Shown here piece after piece: positions 10,534 to 17,926 of a DNA stretch of 41,956 nt. Each line of letters begins with the position of its first letter. Within the stretch, counting starts at the first letter, position 1. Made by a program: the position numbers and the translations under genes. The DNA comes from Candidatus Iainarchaeum sp. (lineage in GTDB: Archaea; Iainarchaeota; Iainarchaeia; Iainarchaeales; JAAZKV01), in contig JAQVAR010000001.1 of assembly GCA_028690725.1 (NCBI GenBank), positions 1 through 41,956 on the forward strand, read 5' to 3'. The notes below the pieces were generated by a model. That model saw nothing but the letters and a program-made list of their open reading frames with translations, was not told the origin of the DNA and made no database searches.

Positions 10534-10567
10534 ATAAACTTAACTACTTTTTCGTTGATTGCCAAAA
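10534..10567. repeat. 34-bp direct repeat, copy A (ATAAACTTAACTACTTTTTCGTTGATTGCCAAAA)
   Basis: 32/34 identical to 11317..11350 in the same orientation. The similarity extends a few nt on each side if 2-nt indels are allowed. Confidence 0.8.
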
Positions 10568-10584
10568 AACAAAACTTTTTTATA

Positions 10585-10610
10585 TATTACTTAGTATTAC
10601 TTTGTATTAT
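10585..10610 (+). promoter_or_regulatory. Three phased 10-bp direct repeats (TATTACTTAG / TATTACTTTG / TATTATGG) between a TATA-like box and the RHH start codon; candidate operator
   Basis: Read directly from the sequence. TTTTTTATATATT at 10576-10588 is TATA-like, and the ATG at 10609 overlaps the third repeat. No Shine-Dalgarno motif is present, so the mRNA is probably leaderless. Confidence 0.45.
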
Positions 10611-10896
10611 GGAAACAATTAGTTTGAAGATTGATAAAGGAATGAGTAAAAAGATTTCTTTGTTAATGAAAGAATTCGATTTTTCTACAAAAACAGAGTT
10701 TATTAGAGAAGCAATTAGAAAAAATATTTCTAACTATGAATTAGAACAAAAAAAGAAAAAACAATGGGAAAAATTACTTGGAATGAAAGGAGCTTACAAA
10801 GGAAAAACAAAAGAAATGAATGATGACGAATGGGAAGACATGCGTAATAATCTAGCTAAAAAATTTGCAAAAGAACAATATGGGATAAAAATCTAA
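10609..10896 (+). CDS. Ribbon-helix-helix (CopG/VapB-like) DNA-binding protein
   Basis: METISLKIDKGMSKKISLLMKEFDFSTKTEFIREAIRKNI gives a beta-strand plus two helices, the RHH pattern. The track start at 10555 is a TTG inside the 34-bp repeat and adds an implausible hydrophobic extension. Confidence 0.7.
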   Translation: METISLKIDKGMSKKISLLMKEFDFSTKTEFIREAIRKNISNYELEQKKKKQWEKLLGMKGAYKGKTKEMNDDEWEDMRNNLAKKFAKEQYGIKI

Positions 10897-10899
10897 ATA

Positions 10900-11292
10900 T
10901 TATATTAATTCTTCTGGGAGTTTGGTCTCATTAAAAGATAATAAATGATTATCTCTTGAAACTAAAATAGCTTTGTTTGTTTTTGATAAAACGTAATGAA
11001 ATGCATCTCCAAAAGGAATTTGTTTTTCAATACTCAAACTTTTTATTTTTTCTAGATCATTTTTACTTGGAAATACTTCTTCAAGAATAAAACAAAAATC
11101 TTTGGATATTTCAAAAAAATCTAAACCATTATTCTTTAGTTCAAAAACAACCATTTTTGAAAACAAAACGTTGTTATTATTTTTTAAACACTTTTTAAAA
11201 AACTGGAAAGCAAATTCTCCTAATGGTTTTAAACCATCAAAACGATTATTAAAAAAATCAATCCAAATACAAGAATCAACATAATAATTCAT
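10900..11292 (-). CDS. PIN-domain nuclease (VapC-like)
   Basis: MNYYVDSCIWIDFFN (first acidic residue D6), VVFELKN, GDAFHY, LVSRDNH. All four PIN acidic positions are plausible. The ATG at 11290-11292 is preferred over the TTG at 11316. Confidence 0.75.
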   Translation of the reverse strand: MNYYVDSCIWIDFFNNRFDGLKPLGEFAFQFFKKCLKNNNNVLFSKMVVFELKNNGLDFFEISKDFCFILEEVFPSKNDLEKIKSLSIEKQIPFGDAFHYVLSKTNKAILVSRDNHLLSFNETKLPEELI

Positions 11293-11316
11293 AAAAAAAA
11301 CAAAATTAAATAACAT

Positions 11317-11350
11317 ATAAACTTAATTACTTTTTCGTTTATTGCCAAAA
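11317..11350. repeat. 34-bp direct repeat, copy B (ATAAACTTAATTACTTTTTCGTTTATTGCCAAAA)
   Basis: Second copy of 10534..10567, located just upstream of apt. Confidence 0.8.
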
Positions 11351-11382
11351 CAAATAAAAATCCTTTTTATGCCGAAATATTT

Positions 11383-11934
11383 ATGACTGAGAGTATAAAA
11401 AATAAGATTAGAACTATACCAAATTTTCCAAAACAAGGAATAATGTTTAGGGATATAACAACATTGTTAAAAGATAAGGATGGTTTGAGAGAAGTAGTAG
11501 AAATACTAGAAAAAAAATACAAGGATATTGAATTCGATTATGTTGTTGGGATAGAATCAAGGGGTTTTATTATTGGAGGGATTTTAGCACACAAATTAGG
11601 AATAGGATTTATTCCAATTAGAAAAAAAGGAAAATTACCTTCAGAAGTAATCAAAGAAGAATATGATTTAGAATACGGAAAAGATGTTATAGAAATACAC
11701 AAGGATTCGTTAAAAAAAGGAGATAAGATTTTATTATTAGATGATTTGATTGCAACAGGAGGAACAGCATTAGCTTCTTGTAAACTAATAGAAAAAGTTG
11801 GCGCTATTGTAGAAGAATGCGCATCCATAATTGACTTACCAGAATTAGGTGGCTCAAAAAAAATTAATGATTATTTGAAAAAAAATGATGATGAAAAAAA
11901 AGTGTTTTCAATAGTACAATTTGAAGGAGAATAA
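11383..11934 (+). CDS. apt: Adenine phosphoribosyltransferase
   Basis: [36 protein letters not shown], and the PRPP loop [13 protein letters not shown]. Confidence 0.95.
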   Translation: MTESIKNKIRTIPNFPKQGIMFRDITTLLKDKDGLREVVEILEKKYKDIEFDYVVGIESRGFIIGGILAHKLGIGFIPIRKKGKLPSEVIKEEYDLEYGKDVIEIHKDSLKKGDKILLLDDLIATGGTALASCKLIEKVGAIVEECASIIDLPELGGSKKINDYLKKNDDEKKVFSIVQFEGE

Positions 11935-11951
11935 AACAAATTGGTGATTAA

Positions 11952-12692
11952 ATGATTGCAATTATTGGTGGTTCTGGTTTAGAAGATCCAGAATTGTTAA
12001 AAGAATCAGAAGAAATTATCATTGAAACCCCTTTTGGAAAACACTCTCCAATAAAAAAAGGTTTTATTGAAGGAATAGAAATTGCAATATTATCTAGACA
12101 TGGTTACAAACACGAATATTCCCCTAGTTCAATTCCATACAAAGCAAATATTTTTGCACTAAAAGAATTAGGAGCAAAAGCAATAATTGCTACAAGTGCT
12201 TGTGGTTCTCTAAGAGAAGAACTCGTTCCAGAAAGTATTAGTTTCCCATCACAATTCATTGATAGAACAACAAAAAGAGATTCTAGTTATACTGAATTTG
12301 GAAATGTTATACACGAAGGACATAGTGATCCTTTTGACAAAAAATTAAGAGAAATACTTGTAAAAAAAAGTAAAGAAATTGGAATAGAATATAGTGCTGA
12401 TACTACTCTTATAACAATAGAAGGCCCAAGATTTTCTACAAGAGCAGAAAGCGAGTATTTTAGAAAATTTGATTTTGATTTGATTAACATGACTACTGTA
12501 CCAGAAGTTTGTCTAGCAAAGGAGTTAAAGATACCATACCAAGTAATAAATTTGATAACGGATTATGATTGTTGGAAAGAAAATGAGGAAGCAGTTACAT
12601 TTGAAATAGTATTAGAAAGAATGAAAAACAATAGTGAAAAAGTAAAAAAAATTATTTTAAAATCGTTAAAAGAAATTGACAAAGAATTCTAA
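11952..12692 (+). CDS. mtnP: S-methyl-5'-thioadenosine phosphorylase (MTAP/PNP family)
   Basis: IAIIGGSGL, LSRHGYKHEYSPSSIPYKANIFALKELG, SACGSL, QFIDRTTKR, IEGPRFSTRAES, INMTTVPE, TDYDCW. A GGTGA Shine-Dalgarno motif lies 5 nt upstream. Confidence 0.9.
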   Translation: MIAIIGGSGLEDPELLKESEEIIIETPFGKHSPIKKGFIEGIEIAILSRHGYKHEYSPSSIPYKANIFALKELGAKAIIATSACGSLREELVPESISFPSQFIDRTTKRDSSYTEFGNVIHEGHSDPFDKKLREILVKKSKEIGIEYSADTTLITIEGPRFSTRAESEYFRKFDFDLINMTTVPEVCLAKELKIPYQVINLITDYDCWKENEEAVTFEIVLERMKNNSEKVKKIILKSLKEIDKEF

Positions 12693-12707
12693 TTAAGGTG
12701 AGAAAAA

Positions 12708-12833
12708 ATGATGGGAAAAAAATTAGTTTTAAAAGCAGTTGAAATTGAAATGCAAGAAGTAATAAATGGAAACATAAAAACAAAACCATTTAATGAATTA
12801 AAAAAGAAATTTTATTGGCAAAAAATATATTAA
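12708..12833 (+). CDS. Small hypothetical protein (41 aa)
   Basis: Not in the ORF track. AAGGTGA at 12695-12701 is followed 6 nt later by an ATG. Translation: MMGKKLVLKAVEIEMQEVINGNIKTKPFNELKKKFYWQKIY*. It fills the mtnP-truD gap. I recognise no family. Confidence 0.35.
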   Translation: MMGKKLVLKAVEIEMQEVINGNIKTKPFNELKKKFYWQKIY

Positions 12834-12846
12834 ATTAAGTGTTAAA

Positions 12847-13830
12847 ATGAATTATAATCTAAAACCAGAAACTTTTTTTGTAGAAGAAGATTACAAACCA
12901 AGATTAAAAGAAGAAGGCAAATATTTGTATTATGTTATAGAAAAAAAAGGTTTGAGTCACAAACAATTAATAAAAAGAATTCCAAAAGATGCATTATTCA
13001 ATGGTTTAAAAGACAAAAACGCAACAACAAAACAATGGTTTTGTACTAAACAAACAATAGAAAATATTTTTGAAAAAGATTTGAAAATAGAATACAAAGG
13101 AAAAAGTGATGAAAAAATATTTATTGGAAAACACAAAGGTAATAAATTTAAAATATTGTTAGAATTAAAAGAAAAAGAATTAAAAAAAATTAAAAAAATT
13201 AATTGGAAGAAAGAATTAATAACAAACTATTTTGGAAAACAAAGATTTGACAAAAGAATAAACAAATTCAATGAATTATTAGAAAAAAAAGATTTTGAAA
13301 ACGCATTAAAATTTTTTTTAACAGAAAAAAGTGATTATGATACACAAAAAAGCAGTGAAATAAAAAAAGAAATATTTACAAATTGGAATAATTGGAAAAA
13401 ACTTATTGAATCAAATATCCCAGAATCAAAAAAACCAATTTTTGAATTATTAGAAAAAGAAAAAGATTTTGAAAAAGCTTTTATGCTAACAGAAAAAAAA
13501 AGTTTAAAACAAATGCTAAAAGCAGTACAAGCAAAAAAATGGAACGAACTTCTACATAAGCAAATTTTGTTTTTTGTTGCAAACAATTTAGAAGGAAAAA
13601 AAGCTTCTAGGAATATTAAAAACAAATTAATATTAGAAGGAAATGATTTTGAAAAAAAATTTGGTTTAAATAAGTTAGACAGAGAAACATATTTTAAAAT
13701 AAAAAAATTCAAAATAAAAAAATCTAACAAGAAAAACAATTTTTGGATAGAATTTTATTTGAAAAAAGGTTGTTACGCAACAATTTTTATAGAATACTTA
13801 GAAAAAATTTTAACAGCGGCAAGAAACTAG
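12847..13830 (+). CDS. truD: tRNA pseudouridine synthase D (TruD/Pus7 family), compact form
   Basis: N-terminal PETFFVEE, catalytic-Asp motif GLKDKNATTKQWF, and NYFGKQRFD (compare TruD NYFGxQRFG). Confidence 0.75.
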   Translation: MNYNLKPETFFVEEDYKPRLKEEGKYLYYVIEKKGLSHKQLIKRIPKDALFNGLKDKNATTKQWFCTKQTIENIFEKDLKIEYKGKSDEKIFIGKHKGNKFKILLELKEKELKKIKKINWKKELITNYFGKQRFDKRINKFNELLEKKDFENALKFFLTEKSDYDTQKSSEIKKEIFTNWNNWKKLIESNIPESKKPIFELLEKEKDFEKAFMLTEKKSLKQMLKAVQAKKWNELLHKQILFFVANNLEGKKASRNIKNKLILEGNDFEKKFGLNKLDRETYFKIKKFKIKKSNKKNNFWIEFYLKKGCYATIFIEYLEKILTAARN

Positions 13831-13866
13831 GCACAAATTTTTAAAAGAAAATAAAACAATAACAAT

Positions 13867-14301
13867 ATGAGAATTTATTTAGATACATGTATTTGGTTAA
13901 ACATTTTTAACAAAAATGAAAAAAACGAAGAATTTAATGAATCAAAAAAATTAATAGAAAAATTATTATTTGAAAAAAAATTTGATATTTTTTATTCTGG
14001 ATTTATATTAAAAGAAATGCAATTCAAATTAAGTGAAACAGAATTTTTAAAAAAAAGAGATTTTTTTAGAAATGAAAAAATAATTTTTTTAAAAGCAACA
14101 AATGAAGATTATAATTTAGCAAGAAAATTCGAAATAGATAATAATTACAAAATAAGTTTTTTTGATTATTTACATACAAGTATTTGTATAAATAATAATT
14201 TGATTTTAATAACCAGAGACAAAAAATTATTAGTATTTACAAAAACAAAAATAATTGCATTAAAACCAATAGAATTACTTCAAAGAATTAATTTCTTGTA
14301 A
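13867..14301 (+). CDS. PIN-domain nuclease (VapC-like), paralog of 10900..11292
   Basis: MRIYLDTCIWLNIFN, ILKEMQ, FFDYLH, LITRDKK. Same YxDxCIW ... (S/T)RD pattern as the first PIN. Confidence 0.75.
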   Translation: MRIYLDTCIWLNIFNKNEKNEEFNESKKLIEKLLFEKKFDIFYSGFILKEMQFKLSETEFLKKRDFFRNEKIIFLKATNEDYNLARKFEIDNNYKISFFDYLHTSICINNNLILITRDKKLLVFTKTKIIALKPIELLQRINFL

Positions 14302-14520
14302 TTCACTTTTTTTAATAGATAATTTTTTTCTTATCTCACGAACTTCTTTAACCGAACTTTTTTCCAAACTAATCGATTTTAATTGTTCTTCAAAAACCAT
14401 TTTTCTAATTGCACCTCTAATGAAATCTGATTTATTCTCAAAATTTCCAAAATTAACAATTTTATCAATTTCTTTAACCAATTTTTTAGGCAATCTTGCT
14501 TGAACCAAAACCATACTCAT
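14275..14520 (-). CDS. Ribbon-helix-helix (CopG/VapB-like) protein, paralog of 10609..10896
   Basis: MSMVLVQARLPKKLVKEIDKIVNFGNFENKSDFIRGAIRKMV. Shares (S/T)(D/E)FIRxAIRK with the first RHH. Its 3' end overlaps the convergent PIN gene by 27 nt. Confidence 0.7.
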   Translation of the reverse strand: MSMVLVQARLPKKLVKEIDKIVNFGNFENKSDFIRGAIRKMVFEEQLKSISLEKSSVKEVREIRKKLSIKKSELQEINSLK

Positions 14521-14528
14521 AAAATCAC

Positions 14529-14546
14529 GTATTACAATTGTAATAC
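14529..14546 (-). promoter_or_regulatory. Perfect 18-bp palindrome GTATTACAATTGTAATAC, 9-26 nt upstream of the RHH start; candidate operator
   Basis: Read directly from the sequence. It lies between an A/T-rich TATA-like stretch and the ATG at 14518-14520. Confidence 0.5.
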
Positions 14547-14585
14547 AAAACCTTTTTAAAATTAAGTAATAAAAAACTTAGAAAA

Positions 14586-15083
14586 TTAGATTCCAAAAAA
14601 AGAAAAAGCCCCAATTGTTAACAAGAATATTATTATACCAGCGATTATTACTCCAATAGTATTACCAATAATATAATCTTTGAATTTTATATTTAATATT
14701 GAAGCAGAAAAAGCACCACCCCAAGAACCAGAACCAGGCAAAGGCATTCCAACAAAAAAAATTATTGCAAACACACCATATTTATCAACAAAATCCTTTT
14801 TCTTTAATAACTTTGAACACCACCAATCATACAATTTTTTAATAAAAGGAATTTTTGTGAAAACAAAAACTATTCTAGTAGCAAAAAAATATGCTATCGG
14901 ACCCAAAATCATATTAGCAATAACACAAATTAAAAAAACAGTTAAAGGATCCATTCCAAAGCCATTAAAAACACCAAAAGGAGTATTAATAGAACCAGAA
15001 AAAATACCAATAGGAATACTCCACCTTAATTCTAAAGTAGGAACAAAAGTAAGTATTACCAGCCAAAAGATATTTGATAACAT
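14586..15083 (-). CDS. Small polytopic membrane protein, putative small multidrug-export-like (COG2426-type)
   Basis: 165 aa with 4-5 transmembrane segments. N-terminal PTLELRWSIPIG resembles the ElRxxIP signature of that family. Confidence 0.5.
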   Translation of the reverse strand: MLSNIFWLVILTFVPTLELRWSIPIGIFSGSINTPFGVFNGFGMDPLTVFLICVIANMILGPIAYFFATRIVFVFTKIPFIKKLYDWWCSKLLKKKDFVDKYGVFAIIFFVGMPLPGSGSWGGAFSASILNIKFKDYIIGNTIGVIIAGIIIFLLTIGAFSFFGI

Positions 15084-15236
15084 GAAATAAGTAATATTAA
15101 CAGAGTATTAAAATTATGATGGTACAAGAAAAAAAATTATTATAATATAAAAAACAATTCAAAGTTTTTTTTAAAAAAAGGATTTCAAAAAGTATAAAAA
15201 CTCTTTCTTACTGATTTTGTTAGAACAAAGTAGAAA

Positions 15237-17861
15237 TTGGGTGTTTGGTTGGACAAAAAATTTTTTATAATACTAATTTTAATAGGAATAATTTTTTTTA
15301 GTGGAAACGTTTTAGCAGAACCAAGCATAACAATCAATGGCGGAGAAACACACACTAATGATAATGATGTTATAGCTAGAATACTAAATACTGAAGATAT
15401 CAATTATTGTGTTACTCTATCAGACAATAATAATAATTGTGAGTGGATACTTTCAGAATTAGATGATATTAATATTGATATTACTCTTACAGGTGATGAT
15501 GGGGGAAAAGAAGTTTTTTTACACACCAAAAATAATTTGGTTTATGATACTAAGAGTGATACCATAATTCTTGATACTACTGGGCCAGTAATAACAGTAA
15601 ATGGAGTAACAGATGAAAACTATTACGATAATAATGTTTTCGCAATAACTATTGAAGCAGTTGATGCTAATGTTGGTAAATATAATGGAAAAATAACTTA
15701 TTCGTTAAATGAAAGTGATAAAAATATTTATTCTAGCCAAATTGATTGGACTCTTGAAGAAGGAAATTATGTTCTAGTTGTAGATGCAAATGATGATTTA
15801 GGAAATATTTCAACCAAAACAATTTCTTTCATAGTTGATATTACTGAACCATTATTATTAGGCGTGTTAAATGATTATTCCGGAATTGGTTCGTATACTA
15901 ATAGTGTAATGCCAACATTTACAATTTCTTTAGAAGAAGATAACCCAGACAAAATATTTTTTAGTTGTAGTAATGGTAGCAATTGGTTTGAAAGAAATTA
16001 TAATTCTACTATAAATGATTTTAATATTGTCTCAAGTAGTTATGATTGTAATAATGATGATGGAACTAAAACAATTTATGTAAAAATAAATGACAAATTT
16101 GGAAATACTGCAGGGCCAGTTACCACTACAATTAATTATGATGGAACATCACCAGCACCCCCAACAGGATTGAGTGTTAGTAATGGAAATAAAGAAGTAA
16201 CTGTTAGTTGGAATGCACCAACAGCAGATAATTTATCAGGAAACAAAGAATATGAAGTTTACAAGAATGGTGATTTGTATGCCACAACAACAAGCACTAG
16301 TAAAACTGTTACAGGTTTAACAAATGGGACTAATTACTCTTTCAAAATAAAGACAATTGACAATGCAGGTAATAAAAGTAGTTTTAGTTCAACTATTTCA
16401 GGAACACCACAATCATGTTCTTGCGAACTAACAATAAAAAGAAGTGGAACAAGCGTTGAATATGTTAAAGGTGGAGACAATTTACTAATTAGTTGTAACT
16501 GGGAAGAAGAAGTTGATGACGCAAAAATAAGATATAGATATTATGATGGAAGCTGGGAATCACTACAAAATTTGAGTAGTGAAGAAGACAACACTGATTT
16601 CATAGAAGAAAATATTAGTATTAATGGTAATAATGAGAGAATAGAATTTCAATGTATTGCTAGTAATGTTGAAACAAAAACAAAAACCATTTATATTGAC
16701 AACGAATTACCAACAATACAATGGAATGTTATAGATTCAACATTAAAAGAAACAAGAGAAATATCAGCAAATATTACTGATAATAAAAATATTAAGAGCG
16801 TTGAATTCGAATTAAATTCAGTAAAACATAACCCTACCAAAAGTGGAAACAAATATTATTTTAATTTGGACACAACAAAAATTGCTAATGGAACATATTC
16901 ATTAAAAGTAAGTGCTATTGATGAAGCAGGAAACCAATCACAAAAAACTACTACAATAACAATAGAAAACTTGTTAACAGAAGAACAAAAAAGAATAAAA
17001 GCAATTAATGATGCGAAAACAAAAAAAGTAATAGTAGACGACTTGATAAAATATTATGAAGAAAGAGGATTAAAACTAAGCGAAGAAATGCTAGGAGAAA
17101 AACAAAGAGCAGATGACTTATTAGAAGAAGCAGAAGAAACAGATAATAATACTGTTTCAAAAACAAAAGCAGAAGAAGCAAAAAGCATTTATGATAATAT
17201 AAATGAAAAAATTGTTTTCGAAAATGTTGAGAGCAAGAATTATGAATACGAAAAAGAAAATTTAACATTGTTATTATCAGGAATTGGATTAATAGGAGAA
17301 CAATTAGAACAAGCAAAAAATAATATTTTAGAAGGAAATGTTGAAAGAAAAATAACAATAATAAAAATTGGAGAAGAATATAGAGCACAAATAGAATTGA
17401 GTTTTGAATTAGGAGAAGAAGATTATATTATAGTAGAAGTTATTCCAAAAGAGTTTGTTGAAAACGCATCAAAAATATTTTCAAACACAGATTTTAACAT
17501 AATAGAAGATGATCCAGTAATAGAATTTTTAATAACAAAAGATATTAAAAAAATTTTTTACAGTATTGATGTAAAAGAAGAAGATGCAAATACATTAATG
17601 GATAATAATGTTATTGACTTATTTGCTTCACCACCAATAATATTAAAGGCTAATGAAAAAATAAGTATTGTTAAAGAAAATGGAATGTTTTTCATAATTC
17701 TAATAATTATTATACTAATAATAATATTGATTTGTGGAATAGGTTTCTTTGTTTTAAAAAATAACAAAAATGATTTTGGAAAAAACAACCCAATAGGAAA
17801 AATGAAAGAAAAATTATTAAAACCAGAAGAAAAGAAAAAGGATTGGAAGTACAAAGGGTAA
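15237..17861 (+). CDS. Secreted, C-terminally membrane-anchored surface protein with Ig-like repeats, one fibronectin type III domain and a coiled-coil stalk
   Basis: Sec-type N-terminus DKKFFIILILIGIIFFSGNVLA|EPS. FN3: PAPPTGLSVSNGNKEVTVSWNAPT...YEVYKNGD...TGLTNGTNYSFKIKTIDNAGN. K/E-rich helical region around 16980-17400. C-terminal transmembrane segment MFFIILIIIILIIILICGIGFFVL followed by a basic tail. The start is TTG (15237 or 15249); there is no in-frame ATG. Confidence 0.8.
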   Translation: MGVWLDKKFFIILILIGIIFFSGNVLAEPSITINGGETHTNDNDVIARILNTEDINYCVTLSDNNNNCEWILSELDDINIDITLTGDDGGKEVFLHTKNNLVYDTKSDTIILDTTGPVITVNGVTDENYYDNNVFAITIEAVDANVGKYNGKITYSLNESDKNIYSSQIDWTLEEGNYVLVVDANDDLGNISTKTISFIVDITEPLLLGVLNDYSGIGSYTNSVMPTFTISLEEDNPDKIFFSCSNGSNWFERNYNSTINDFNIVSSSYDCNNDDGTKTIYVKINDKFGNTAGPVTTTINYDGTSPAPPTGLSVSNGNKEVTVSWNAPTADNLSGNKEYEVYKNGDLYATTTSTSKTVTGLTNGTNYSFKIKTIDNAGNKSSFSSTISGTPQSCSCELTIKRSGTSVEYVKGGDNLLISCNWEEEVDDAKIRYRYYDGSWESLQNLSSEEDNTDFIEENISINGNNERIEFQCIASNVETKTKTIYIDNELPTIQWNVIDSTLKETREISANITDNKNIKSVEFELNSVKHNPTKSGNKYYFNLDTTKIANGTYSLKVSAIDEAGNQSQKTTTITIENLLTEEQKRIKAINDAKTKKVIVDDLIKYYEERGLKLSEEMLGEKQRADDLLEEAEETDNNTVSKTKAEEAKSIYDNINEKIVFENVESKNYEYEKENLTLLLSGIGLIGEQLEQAKNNILEGNVERKITIIKIGEEYRAQIELSFELGEEDYIIVEVIPKEFVENASKIFSNTDFNIIEDDPVIEFLITKDIKKIFYSIDVKEEDANTLMDNNVIDLFASPPIILKANEKISIVKENGMFFIILIIIILIIILICGIGFFVLKNNKNDFGKNNPIGKMKEKLLKPEEKKKDWKYKG

Positions 17862-17926
17862 TTAAAAAAATATAAAGAACAAGATTTGATTAAATTAATA
17901 AGCTTTAAAGAGCACTAATTTGTAAT

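Noticed and set aside
10555-10608. TTG-initiated N-terminal extension of the RHH gene (MIAKKQNFFIYYLVLLCI...).
   Set aside because: It starts inside the 34-bp intergenic repeat and covers the TATA-like box. It adds a hydrophobic peptide that does not fit an RHH protein. The ATG at 10609 gives a canonical RHH N-terminal strand.
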